Positions 1 to 12,341 of a stretch of 64,000 nucleotides of DNA are shown piece after piece (within the stretch, counting starts at the first letter, position 1; each line of letters begins with the position of its first letter). The notes under the pieces are model-generated. The model was not told where the DNA came from. It worked only from the letters and a program-made list of their open reading frames with translations, and did no database searches. Both the position numbers and the translations under genes were made by a program. Source of the stretch: Camelus ferus (Eukaryota); the NCBI RefSeq assembly GCF_009834535.1, contig NC_045697.1, forward strand, positions 52,826,001-52,890,000, given 5' to 3'.

Positions 1-150
1 GATTTGGGGGGTTTGCTTTAAAATATTCCAGTAAAGAAAAAAAATGGGGGGTGGTGGTCAAGACAGATGAAACAAGAATGAAAAATGTTGATAATTTTTG
101 AAATTCTAGTTCATTATATTTTTCTTCGAGTTTTTCCACAATAAAAAGCT
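1..150 (+). mobile_element. Old L1 (L1MC/ME-like) 3' end fragment
   Basis: Resembles ancient L1 3' ends and the fragment at 61830-62000; ends with aataaaaag. Confidence 0.5.
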
Positions 151-324
151 TTAAATTTTTGGCTCTTTCTATTTTTCACTCTCCGAACTCCCTTTTGCCT
201 ACTAAATTGAGACAGGTCCTGGCCATAGGAGGAGAAAAACTGCACAACCAGTCCTTCAGCAAACCTCTGCCTGTCCTCTTGTGAATACACTAAATCCTCA
301 GGGGAGGCTTTAATCTTTGTTACA

Positions 325-699
325 CAGGTTTCACCCACTATCCGAAATCAGAGCGTTCCTATGAAACCTCCTGGAAGCCAAAATGGCATAAAGTGAGGAA
401 GCAATTACCCTACAACACGTCTTGTTAGGGAGGTAAAACACAGATGCTCAAGGATACAGTTCAAAGCTATGGCAGGGAGATGCTGAATGTATATTCTCCC
501 AGGAGGGAACTTGGTGGTGCCACCGCAGCCTCTGTCACGGCAGCTGCAAAACAAGCGCTGAATGCTATTTCCAATGTTCACTTTTCCCCATAAAAGTGAA
601 AATCACATTTCTTTCCACAGTGGAAACAGTTACTAATACGGGTCCTTCTTGAAAACGAAGTGACCTAGAGTGAACTTTTCAACACCGGGAGAATACCTG
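325..699. mobile_element. TcMar-Tigger fossil (MER82-like)
   Basis: Degenerate TIRs CAGGT...ACCTG with a TA flank; internal sequence recognised by eye. Confidence 0.6.
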
Positions 700-899
700 T
701 ATACGTTACTAACATATAATTAAGTATCTAAATATTTCATTTTAAAACAAAAAAAATTTGGCCTTCCGCACATAACTCCAGCTGGGGGGGAGCATTTTTA
801 AACCTCCGCCGGTATTATTATCCCAACCTTTTTTTATAATCAGAGTATCACAATTTTTTCCAGAAACGGCCCTTTTTTTTTTTTCGCCCCTCACACCAC

Positions 900-2300
900 A
901 AGATTGAGGGGGAAGTGCGGCGCGTCGGCAGAACGGCATTCCAGGGCTCAGCTCTCCCCAAAGCAGAAAAACCTTGTTCTCTTCGGGCCTCCGTTTCCAC
1001 CAGGTGAAAGAACAGCCAGTCGGTGGTACCGGCTCCGGGCCCCTCCCGGCCGCGGGCAGCCCCGCCCCGAGGGCGGAGACCGGGCGGGGCAGCGAGCTCC
1101 TCCGCCTCCTCCCGACTCGCTGCTGCCCCCGGTGCCGGCGGCGCATGTGCCCGGCAACCCCTCCCCGGTCCTGGATTCCACTTCCCCTCCGCTCGCGCTG
1201 CAGCCGCAGCCGCCTTCAGGCCCCGCGCCCCCTCCGGAGTCCATGGCCGGGACGCGCTGGGTGCTCGGGGCGCTGCTCCGTGGCTGTGGCTGCAACTGCA
1301 GCAGCTGCCGGCGCACCGGCGCCGCCTGCCTGCCCTTCTACTCGGCCGCTGGGTCCTTCCCCTCTGGCGTCTCGGGCCGTCGCCGCCTGCTGCTGCTGCT
1401 CGGAGCCGCCGCGGCCGCCGCCTCTCACACGCGAGGCCTCCAGACCGGGCCTGCGCCCGCCGGGAGGCTGGCGGGGCCTGCCCCCTCCGCCGCCGCCGCG
1501 GCTGCCGCCTCTTACTCGGCCCTGCGTGCCCCTCTTCTGCCGCAGTCGCTGGCGGCGGCTGCGGGCCCGGCGCGGGGATACAGCCAGGTACGTGGGTGCG
1601 GAGAGGGGTGGCGCGCGGGACCCTTCCCCGGCCGCGCGCACGCGCCCCCGCGCCCCTCCGCGTGCGCCTCCCGTGCGCGCCCGGGGATCCGCGGCACGCG
1701 CCGCACCCGCCTCCCACCCCCGCCCGCCCAGTCCTCCTATTGGGCCCCAGAACAAGGGACGCTTTCCCAGGCCTCGGGTTTTCTCCTTGTTTTGTTCTCC
1801 TCTCGAGTCTCTGGTCGGTTGGGCAGTGTAAGTGTGACTGGGGGTGAATGGTGAGGCCTTGTTTCCCGCCGGCCTATGGTAGGTTTTGTGAGGCTGTGGA
1901 CGCCCCCACCCCGCATCCTTGTCGCTCTCCGCCCGCTGGTTGTGAAGTTGGGAGGCCAGACCCTGCGGAGGGTTGGGACTTTCCGTGCAGCGGGAGCACT
2001 AGGCCTGGGCGGCCCTCGGCGCACCTCGCGGCCCGCAGATGGGAAGGTTCACGCACACACTGCGTGGGCTGGGTTCGTGGGGAAGGAGGCTGGTCCCCAA
2101 CGCTCTCCTCTCTCTCGTGTCCCTGGGGAAAGGCGGGTTGCCCCAGTTACTGAAGGTCACCTCTGCACCTCCACTTCGTCTGACAGAAGGTCCTTTAGGA
2201 CCATGGGTCGCCGCCAATGGGAGGGACAGCCTGGGGACTGTGATATTGGGGGAGGGGGGCCGACGAGAGGCGGCGGCTGGGGCTGAGGCCATGGGTTGGG
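900..2300. promoter_or_regulatory. GRSF1: CpG island / GRSF1 promoter
   Basis: Very GC- and CpG-rich over exon 1 and the start of intron 1. ETS/GABP-type GGAAGT at 911-916, NRF1-like GCGCATGTGC at 1141-1150 and GCGCACGCGC at 1636-1645, plus GC boxes. Confidence 0.9.
1243..1587 (+). CDS. GRSF1: GRSF1 coding exon 1 (mitochondrial targeting presequence, Ala-rich)
   Basis: ccATGG start; MAGTRWVLGALLRGCGCNCSSCRRTGAACLPFYS...ARGYSQ; donor CAG|gtacgt; 345 nt, phase 0. Confidence 0.96.
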
Positions 2301-4026
2301 GACCCAGGAGTGAGTCTACAATATTTTTTTAAAGTAATGTGTACTTTAAGTACTCAGGTTGCAGGTATTTTGTGCCTCATAGGAAGCTTTCTTTGCTTGT
2401 TACGTGGCATCTGGGAAATGTCAGCACACTTTCTGATTGCCTTGTTCCTGATGCCGTGGGTCATATTTATCTTAATTCAATTTATGCTTCTCCTTGAATT
2501 CAGGGAAACTGGGAAGCTAATCAGCATGGCTGCTGCCTGCTAGTGGCTGAGCTAATTGATTTGAATCCCGGCCCAACACTTTCTGCTGCCCATTTCTGTA
2601 AAAGCTTGTGATGCTTATGGAATTCTGGGAATATAGGGAATGTTACTTTTATTGAAAAAACACAAACTATCTCTATTAAGCCTTTGTGAGCTGGCTACTC
2701 CCTTTACTTGATTATTCTTTGAATTTGACAAGTATGATATCTGTTGAGTTTCTGCTAGTGTCATATACTGTGCTTAAATTTATTATTGATTTCATAAAAT
2801 TATGTGTAAGTCTTATCAGTGATGGGAACATACAAGGGAGTGAAGTATCTCTCTGTTTAGCCCAACAGGATTTAAATCACTTGACTTAAAGCCTGAGTTG
2901 TCTTCCCATTTTGATAATTGTAGTACTTGTTGCATTCTTATTAAATATGCATTAGGCCTCTGCTAGAGATTTATATTTATCATTGACTCCTTAAAATTAG
3001 ACATAAGTCTTTGTGTAAATGGTGGAATGGTACAAAGGAATCTGTTTCCTTAGCAAGTCTTAAAACCTGGGTTGTCTTTCCTGGTTATGGTTGTGGTGCT
3101 TGACCGAATCTTATTACATTCCAGTCTTGTAAAAAGGAGTTCTGTAGGTATGTCTCAGGCTCCAGTTACCTCACACTACTGCCGTTGCCTTTTAGGATCT
3201 TTCCCTCATTCAGTTGGTCTGACATAACAATTGGCAGGTTAATCTTTCCAAGCATCCTTCTGTCTTGTCAACACTCCTAAGATGTCTTTTGTCAACTCCC
3301 CTTGGCCTACCAGGTTAAGGACACACATTGAGCTTAACACTCAAGTCCCTCTGCCGTATGGTACCCACCAGTTCCTTTTGCCAGCTCATCTTCTTTGACT
3401 CCTAATTGTACCCTACAGTTTAGCCAAATGGAATTATTGCTGTTTTGCAAATGAGCTTTGGTTCATTCTGCTTCTTCCCCTCACTTCTCAAGCTGCAGTG
3501 CCCTATCCTTCATACATCACTGTCAGAATTCTAGCCTTCCTTTAAGGCTCATCTCATATCTTAATTCTGTTAGTGCTCTGTTTTGAATTTCTATAATATC
3601 TTGTGTCTTAATTATAGCACTTAGAGCACCTTATTTTGTATGCTTGTCTTAGTCTAGATGGTAAGCTTTCTGAGATGAGGGTCTAATTGTGGCGTATACT
3701 CACATATTTGTCAAATCCAGGAGACCCTTCCTGTCCTGCCTTAACTAAAACACTATTATTAGGTGTAATTTGGGACTGATGAATTTAAAAACAAACCTGG
3801 AATAAAATTTATGTCTTGCCAAATCATTAGGATATACCGACTTGTTGCTTTAGGATGTACAATTTAAGCCAAAGCAGGATAAGTGAGATTTGTGAATTTT
3901 ACTTCCTGCCTCTGAAATAGTAACTGTCCCCAAAGAGTAACATCTGAGTGTTAGTTTGTGGAAATAAACGTTTTCTAAGTAGGTTGTTATGAAAGTATTT
4001 TTACATTTCTTCATTTCTCTTGGAAG

Positions 4027-4183
4027 GAGTCTAAAACTACCTACTTGGACGACCTTCCACCTCTCCCTGAGTATAAGTTGCCTCCATCCAAGTTAGGAGA
4101 GGAGGTAGATGATGTCTTTCTCATTCGAGCTCAAGGGTTACCGTGGTCGTGCACTGTGGAAGATGTGCTTAGCTTTTTCTCAG
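4027..4183 (+). CDS. GRSF1: GRSF1 exon 2
   Basis: aag|ESKTTYLDDLPP...IRAQGLPWSCTVEDVLSFFS|gtatgt; 157 nt; start of qRRM1. Confidence 0.96.
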
Positions 4184-5233
4184 GTATGTTTTATGTATGT
4201 TTTAAATATGTTGATTTCATCTGAGTAAAAGCAGTCCCATAAAATCCAAGCTGGGCTTTGGTGTAGACATCTTATCTGATGGGGATTCTCACTCTGGCTG
4301 GTTCCATATGCATGCCAAGTGACACCACGTGTACCATTTGTCATATATACCAGGTTTAAAAGACCTTGAATACAACAAAAAAATTAATGTTAAAGCTACA
4401 TGGTTTAAAATCAGTTTTCTCTGAAGTTTTAATATGTACATATCAAAAAGTGAAAACCTATTGGTAGAAATAAGAGTATTGGTTGAGTAGCTTTTTATGT
4501 AATACACAAAAATTTAATATGCAGATCACTTAGTAGCAAGTGATAGTGTTCCCTCAATAACATGTTTGGAAGGCTTATGTATCTGTGGATTTTAAGATTC
4601 TGTATCTGACTGTGATTTTTAATTTCCCTCTTAAAAGGCTTTTTGAAGATGCTGCCTTAAATGTGAAATGATATAGCATTATGTTAAGTACCTTAATGTG
4701 CATTGTGTGGATCAAGTGTTTTAAAAGCCACTTAAATCTTGCTCCCAGTTTAAGAGGTGTGCAGTATGGGGATGTGTTTCCCTGATAATGATAGGAAAGG
4801 AAAAAAATCTAATTATGTTGTAAAATTATTCTTATAGGATATATATTAGAGATCTTGTGGTTATGATTGTAAGAGAAGATGACATGCATAAACCTAACCA
4901 TATTTTTAATACCTTAAGTGATTTAAAACTGATTATAGAAGTATTTGGAAGGAAATGTTACATTTTGCATCAAGCTTATTCTAATTTGTCATTTAATGGT
5001 CAGGAGATCCTAAGATTTTGTGCTAAGGTTGTTTATGTCTTCCACGTGGAACGTTTTAGAAACTACCACCTCATTAGCATTCTGCTCGCTTCACTGATGG
5101 GAGTTTGTGTGAGGAAGGTGACAGGCATTTTGGAGCCTGCTTTGTTTTATTGTTGGAAGATTGCAATTCTAGTGACTTGTGTAATTGAGCTATTGATTTC
5201 TAATTTTAATTCATTTCACTCACATACTTTCAG

Positions 5234-5389
5234 ACTGCAGAATTCGCAATGGTGAGAATGGAATACATTTCCTCTTAAATAGAGATGGGAAACGAAGGGG
5301 TGATGCCTTAATTGAAATGGAGTCAGAGCAGGATGTGCAAAAAGCCTTAGAAAAACACCGCATGTACATGGGGCAGCGATACGTGGAAG
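5234..5389 (+). CDS. GRSF1: GRSF1 exon 3
   Basis: cag|DCRIRNGENGIHFLLNRDGKRRGDALIEMESEQDVQKALEKHRMYMGQRYVE|gtacgt; 156 nt. Confidence 0.97.
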
Positions 5390-5781
5390 GTACGTGAAGT
5401 CATGTTCTAGCTCCTCGCGATTGTTACGGTAGACTGTGCTTCCCAAGGCACTTTCAGTTGATCCTTAACAAGAGTGAAGTAGTTAGATATTATGAATACA
5501 GCCGTTCCCAGGGTGTGAAAATGAAGCCCAGAGATAATTTCAGATTCTTACCTATAAAATGAGGAGGATGTTGACCAAATTTACCTCAGAAGTTGCGATG
5601 TTACACCTGGCACATAGTAAGTAATACTTGATAAATGTCATTTATTGTCTTCTCCAGAGAAGTACATAAAGATTAAAAATAAATACTAGTTTTTGGATAA
5701 CCCACCCACTGTGATTATTTTTTTAATGGCTTCTTTCTTTATTGTGTAAGTTTTGCATACCTTTTGTGCTCCTTTTCTTAG

Positions 5782-5925
5782 TATATGAGATAAACAATGA
5801 AGATGTGGATGCCTTAATGAAGAGCCTGCAGGTCAAATCTTCACCTGTGGTAAACGATGGCGTAGTTCGTTTGAGAGGACTTCCTTATAGTTGCAATGAG
5901 AAAGACATCGTAGACTTCTTCGCAG
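5782..5925 (+). CDS. GRSF1: GRSF1 exon 4
   Basis: tag|VYEINNEDVDALMKSLQVKSSPVVNDGVVRLRGLPYSCNEKDIVDFFA|gtgttt; 144 nt. Confidence 0.96.
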
Positions 5926-6570
5926 GTGTTTCCCAGTTATATCTTGTTTGGGGCCTCATATCTTTTCCCTCACTTCGTTTCCTTCTTTTTTTTAGGTGAA
6001 CCTTTTCCTAGGTAACTGCATACAGTTATATTAGGTGCTTTAGGGGGGGAACTCTTCGGTTGGATTTTTAATGTTTGTAGATTTTGTAAGTGTTTTGACC
6101 TTTCACACTGATCTTTGGGAGATGTCAGATTCAAAAATGATTTCATGTGGGTTCATTTTAGTATTGAGGAAAATGTCCTCTCATAAGAGTGGTTATATTT
6201 GTCTAAGGCAATAGCAATTTATATGATTTAAAAGCATTATTATCTAATTCTTAGCTGTAAAATATGCACCAGTAGTGATAGTCTGAATCTTTCCCCTACT
6301 ATATAATTAATGGCAAAACAAAGAATTGTGTTTTAGATGGACAGCTTGGACCCTAAACATTTTTGAATATGTAGATGTTATTAGCTTTTGGCTGCATAAT
6401 AATTTTCTTCCCCTTAGGTATGTATTCAGCTTTGGGGCTGGCAAAATAGTCCTACAATTTTACTAGAAAAATTAAAAAAAATTCTTAGTATGTGAAAGAA
6501 TGTTTTAATTCTAAGAATAAAGATGCCCTTGTTAGCAGAACTAATTTGTAATAATTTTTGGATGTCTTAG

Positions 6571-6706
6571 GACTGAATATAGTAGACATTACTTTTGTCA
6601 TGGATTACAGAGGGAGAAGAAAAACAGGAGAAGCCTATGTGCAATTTGAAGAACCAGAGATGGCTAACCAAGCCCTGTTGAAACACAGGGAAGAAATTGG
6701 TAACCG
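6571..6706 (+). CDS. GRSF1: GRSF1 exon 5
   Basis: tag|[46 protein letters not shown]|gtaagt; 136 nt; qRRM2. Confidence 0.97.
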
Positions 6707-6829
6707 GTAAGTGAAGCAGATACTAATGATGTGGAAGAATCATACATTGGGTCATTTTGATGAATGCATTGTAATAAAACAGTAAAATTATCTAAACACA
6801 GAAAAAGAAGACAGTAGTATGATAAGCTG

Positions 6830-7390
6830 TCAAATGCCTATCACTTAGATTAACAAATTATTAACATTTGTTGTATTTGCTGCACCGGTTTTTCAGTATA
6901 TATCTTTAAAAACCCTTTTTTAACACGATCCCAATGTTATGACATTTAACAAAATTAGCAATGATTTATTATCCAATACCAGTCCATAATCACACTTTCC
7001 CATTTATACCAAAATATCTTTTCCATTTGCTTTTTTTTTGGCACCAGAATCTAGACATGGTCCACACATTGAGTTTGATTGTTATGCCTCTAGTCTCTTA
7101 AATTAGAGCAAATCCCTTTTTCCTTTATTTTTTTTTTATTACCTCCTACTTTTTAAATGCAATTGACTTTTGAAGAAATTGGGCCAGTTGTCCTGTATAG
7201 TGTCTCACATTCTGTATTTATCCTGTTGCTTCCTCATGGTGTCGTTTAACTTGTTCCTTTGTATCTGTTATTTCCTGAAAACTGGAAGTTAAAGCTAAAG
7301 TCTTGAATTGACTCAGGTTAACATTTTGATATGGATACTCTCTGGGCAATACTGTATACTGCATATCTCATCACATTAGGATGCATGTAG
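6830..7390 (-). mobile_element. Old L1 (L1MC/ME-like) fragment
   Basis: Antisense L1 3'-region phrases (gggccagttgtcctgtatagtgtctcacattctg). Confidence 0.55.
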
Positions 7391-8383
7391 TGATGGGTCG
7401 GTTCATTTGTGTTTTAACTTTCATTTTCGAGGAGTACTTAGAAGTGTCAAATTTTAATACATTGTTTTGCTGCTTTCTGGCCTTTTTACCTGGCTCCTTT
7501 GAAGTTTAAAAAAAGCCATTTCAGGATCTACTTAAAGGAATTAGTTCAGAGGTCTTTATTAAAATTTTTAGTTACTTAGTTATTTTTTATGAAATTTTTT
7601 TAAATGAAGAAAGTATATGTAAAGTACCCTCCCTTTAATTTTCTTTCAGTACTCTTCATATTTTCTTATAACTTGGAACACATCAATATTATGTTTTTAT
7701 ATGGGAACACTAAGGCAGTGTACAGATGTCTTCAATAAATTAAGAAATGATACCCTCTAATGTTTATAGATCTGTAAATAAAAATGATTTTTACAGTTCA
7801 AGCTTAATAACTAAATTTGGAAAAGCAGTGTTGCGAAAAAGAAAACTGGTTCCAGAAGCCTGGATTTAATCAATAGTTCCATAGTCAAACAGTAAGTCAG
7901 AATTGACATTTACATCATGAATTCTCATTAGCCTCTTAGTGAAGTCCTGAACTGGCTCCTCATACACTGTGACTTTTAATATCTTAAACAGTTATGATTA
8001 ATTTTCACAGAATTGAATTGTAAGGCTTCAAGAGATTAATTAACTATTAGGAAAAAAACCTTTCTTACAAATTAATTCTTTTCATACACGCAAGTAACCT
8101 CTGCGTATTCGTCCTCATGAAGCAAAACAGGGTAGAAAAGCAGAGGTAAAATGTATGTGAAGAAAACTGTTATCTTGGGGGTGGAGGTGATTAAACCAGT
8201 GACCTGTTCCGTTGAGAGTACTTCTTCATGGCCTAACATCTATATCCATTCTTTTTGCCCCACCAGTTTTCTTTGGATACCTGGGTATGTTAGGTGTTAG
8301 AAATATTGTATATGCATGTTCTAAAGAGTTCAGTGTAAAGTCACTTTGTACCATTGTGCCTGTTTGCTTTTGCTTTGACATAG

Positions 8384-8568
8384 ATATATAGAGATATTTC
8401 CAAGCAGAAGAAATGAAGTTCGAACACATGTTGGATCTCATAAGGGAAAGAAAATGGCATCTTCTCCTACTGCTAAGTATATAACTGAGCCAGAAATGGT
8501 CTTTGAAGAGCATGAAGTGAATGAGGATACCCGACCCATGACAGGTTTTGAAAGTGAGAAGGAAGTAG
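8384..8568 (+). CDS. GRSF1: GRSF1 exon 6
   Basis: tag|YIEIFPSRRNEVRTHVGSHKGKK...FESEKEV|gtaagg; 185 nt. Confidence 0.96.
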
Positions 8569-8714
8569 GTAAGGACATTCCTCTTATTGATCTGCTTTGC
8601 ATGTTTTGATAGTTAATTTTTTATGACAGTGTTGTATGAAATTATGAGATGATAGGACAAGGGAATTGAGTTAAATATTTAATATGTCTTTGAGTGTAGA
8701 ATGTACTCTGAATA

Positions 8715-8848
8715 CAGTTGCCTCTCAGTATCCCCAGGGAGTTGGTTCCAGGACCCACCATGGATACCAAAATCCATGAATGCTCAAATCACATAGGTAG
8801 CCCTCCCTGTCCATGGGTTCCACATTTACAGATATGGAGGGCCAACTG
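8715..8848. mobile_element. MER2-like Tigger MITE
   Basis: TA-CAGTTG...CAACTG TIRs; ggttccaggaccc...gataccaaaatcca core. Confidence 0.7.
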
Positions 8849-9492
8849 TGTATGTAGAAGGGCTTTATTATGCCGTAGGCTTTTGCCTTTTTTTTTTTTT
8901 CCCCAATATAATCATCTTCGTAGATTCTATGTCAAAGGCTGGGTGGCACATATATAACAAAAAGAAGTAAAATGTCAACACTTAAGATGGGAAAAAAATG
9001 TGTATAGAGAGCAGGAATGTTGACTAAGGAGTTTTGTTTGCCTCTGTATTTAATTATTCCTTTGATTCCTAATCCCAAAGCAACATTTGGAATCTTTGAA
9101 GTTGATAAATCCTTTTTAAGTGTGTGCCCTAGGATTAGTCTGTTACAACTTATTTTTTAAAATTTTTTTTTTGGTGACGATAACCCAGAAGGTTTTTCTT
9201 TTGCCTTTATGTTTTTCCATTCATAATCATTTCTCCTCTCTGTTGTGAGAGAAAGATACAGTCTTTTGGAATCTGGTAGTGGTTTGAAATACTGAAGCCT
9301 TACGAGTGTTCAGGTGATATTTGTTAAGTGGCAGAAATTTTAGGTTGTTTTGGCTTTTAAAATTAAAGCCCTCTTCCTTACTGTTTCAAGAGGAATGAAG
9401 GACTTGGACGTACAGGTCATGCCTAGTTATAACCCGTTAGTGACTCTCGAAGCTGAAATGTTCTGGACGGTGCTTCTTGTTCTGCTTCTCAG

Positions 9493-9614
9493 AGTTGCCC
9501 AAGGAGACGTCAGAAAAGCTTCCAGAGGCTGTTGATTTTGGAGCTGCATCTTCACTACATTTTGTCCACATGAGAGGATTGCCTTTCCACGCCAATGCCC
9601 AGGACATCATAAAT
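9493..9614 (+). CDS. GRSF1: GRSF1 exon 7
   Basis: cag|ELPKETSEKLPEAVDFGAASSLHFVHMRGLPFHANAQDIIN|gtatgt; 122 nt. Confidence 0.96.
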
Positions 9615-10784
9615 GTATGTGGTAGTAAGATACCCAGTCTCAGTAGCTTTGAACAGAAGTTCTAAGGTGGAACTTCTATTAAATCAGGGAAGGTGGAGAA
9701 GAAGAATACAGCATCCCTGTGGTAGCTTTGGGTAGTAAGGTGGCGTCTCCATAGTTGTGGAGGCTTGTCTTACTTTCTTGAGCCAAGAAGTATGGGTTTT
9801 ATTACATTTTAGGATCAAATGTATAATAGATAAGAGGATTTTATAGATGCAGAATAATATGGTGTAGGTTTAGTATTCAAAGTAAAAAAGTTTGGTTTTT
9901 CTCTAAGTTAGTTCAACCCATTCATTTTTGAGTTTAGGAAAAGGAGACTCAGGGCATTTCTCACAGAGCTGTTAGATACTAGACACAAATCCAGGACTCC
10001 TAAATGCCTAGAGCTTTCATTAGACCGTACAGCCTCCTTGCATCTGGCTTCCCTAATCTTTGAGAAAAGGAATTTTTAAAATATTTTTATTTCATGATAG
10101 ATACTGTATGAAATGAAAAGATAGAACAGTGAAAGCCCCTATTGACTTCATAAACTTGAGAACATTTACTTAAGGTAGATCCATACTCAGAGCCCTGATT
10201 CAGTTAGTAGTGGGGTCTCACAGTTTTCTTCATGATTTCAAAAAGCGTAATAGGAATCATATCTTTACCCAAATGAAAGTTGCATGGTCTTGTTAAAGAA
10301 TTACATTCTGTTGCTTTGGTTTGGAGTGATAACTACTCAGCGTGGTAGCTCTCTTTAGATAGTGCTGGTAAAAAACTGATTATCAGGTGGATGTCTGATT
10401 GAAAAAAATGATAAAAATGAATTATTAAGAAATGAAGTGTATTTGATGGATAGTTTTTAGAAATAGGGAAGGATGTGTGTGGGAGGAATAATAAAAAGGG
10501 TCCTTCTTGGTATAAAAAAAAGTTTGAGAATTGTATATATGGTATTGTACTTACAGTTTAAGTTCTCTGTGAACAGATATTTGAAATGTAACTTTGAGTT
10601 CCAAGAAGATCAGAAAAGGAGGTGGTAGATGTGTAACTACATTGTTGCTTAAAGAGATTTCCTGAAAATAAGTTTATCAAATATATGAATCCAAGTCTGA
10701 AAGAAAAATGCAGAGCCAGCAAACTTGTAGAAATCGGACCCAGTAACATCATGTTCCTCTTGGCTTCCTTGGTTTGTTGTTCAG

Positions 10785-10920
10785 TTTTTTGCTCCACTGA
10801 AGCCTGTTAGAATCACCATGGAATACAGTTCCAGTGGGAAGGCCACTGGAGAAGCTGACGTGCACTTCGACACCCATGAGGATGCTGTCGCAGCTATGCT
10901 CAAGGATCGGTCCCACGTTC
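10785..10920 (+). CDS. GRSF1: GRSF1 exon 8
   Basis: cag|FFAPLKPVRITMEYSSSGKATGEADVHFDTHEDAVAAMLKDRSHV|gtaagt; 136 nt; qRRM3. Confidence 0.97.
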
Positions 10921-11292
10921 GTAAGTGCTGCCCTTGGTTTCTGTTGTCATGTTTGATGTCTATCTGTTTACAAATGCCTTTCTCTGCTTTGTAGTTTGCC
11001 TAGAATTTTTCCCTTGGGATAATTGTATTCCATTAATGCTACTAAATAAATATAAAAAAGACAGAAAAAAAAACACCCCACTATATTATAGTGAGAAGCA
11101 TTTATTCATTAATTATCATGCATATATCCATCCAGAATTAGATAGAATTTTTTTTTTTTTTTTTTTTTTTACTAGGGAAAGGATGGGGCAAAGGGCTTGA
11201 GTTACTGTCTGAACTATGAGGAAAATAAATGAGTACACCATTATTTCTGCCCTTACAACTTTAAAAAATGAATCTTTTTTTGTCATTCTCAG

Positions 11293-11342
11293 ACCATAGG
11301 TATATTGAATTGTTCCTGAATTCGTGTCCAAAAGGAAAATAA
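11293..11342 (+). CDS. GRSF1: GRSF1 exon 9 coding part (stop TAA 11340-11342; exon ends 11368)
   Basis: cag|HHRYIELFLNSCPKGK*; summed CDS 1431 nt = 476 aa + stop; donor AAG|gtaaat at 11369. Confidence 0.96.
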
Positions 11343-12341
11343 GAATTCCAGAGACTCCAGATAATAAGGTAAATTTAAGAGGTGCAATTGTGGAAATTAT
11401 TTTCAATTGATAAATTAGTCATTTCCTCACTCGTAATACGATTGAAACCATTTCTTTTTAATAAAGATCAAACTAATCATGATAATTGAAGCTTCAGTAT
11501 AAGGAGTGAAACTCCCCTGGGAAACAGACTATATTATGGTCATATAGTGGCTTTGAGTATTTTCCCCTTTAGAATCTGTTTGTATCACCCCCAACGTTCA
11601 TCATGCTGTGCCCAGATAGTACCTCTGGTAGCTATATATCACAGTACACTGAAGGTGTGCCTCACATTAACTTGTCTTCCTATAAAATTTAAATACATTT
11701 ACTCAGTTCTAAGATATTTTTAAGATGTTAAAAGTGATACATTTGAAACCGGGGTGTATCATGCATCTATACACTGAATGTACCGCTGTGTCTTTTCCTA
11801 AAATGGTGTTATCAAAATGGCAGTCCTGGGAAATCCTTAGATTTCATACAGTTAACTTCTCTGTGGTAAATCAACTATGTATGTCTTGATGTTCCTTCCC
11901 TTACTCAGTGCTATGTGGTGTCTTTTTTCCCCCTAAAATCTTTTCATATATTGTATTGTAATCGTTTTTCTACATGTAGTGGTACATTCCTTTGAGGCAC
12001 TTTACTGTAATGATTCCTTAAAAACACATGGGACATTTCTTTACCATCGTTGTCATAGACTGTTTTTGGATATAAAGTCCCACAGTCTTGTGATGTTAAA
12101 TATTTTCATTAGTTAAAATCTATATGAAATATATTCTGTGCTCAACTCTGAAAATCTACTGTCTTCATGCCAGGCTGTAAGCGCTAACGCCCAGCTAATT
12201 TTCTTCACCTTAACTTAGTTGATTTGTCGGAAAACTTGCACTAAATCAGAAAGAAAAAAAAGAATTTACAATTTTAAATGATACGGGAACATGTGTAGTA
12301 TTTTTCATTTTGAGTAAGTGTACACCACTTTTTTTTTCCAG

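Noticed and set aside
904..1242. 113 open codons upstream of the GRSF1 ATG (possible CTG-initiated extension)
   Set aside because: GC-rich sequence probably upstream of the TSS; no independent support.
742..2332. Many long overlapping ORFs on both strands
   Set aside because: Expected in a stop-poor CpG island. Only the frame of 904..1854 between 1243 and 1587 is GRSF1.
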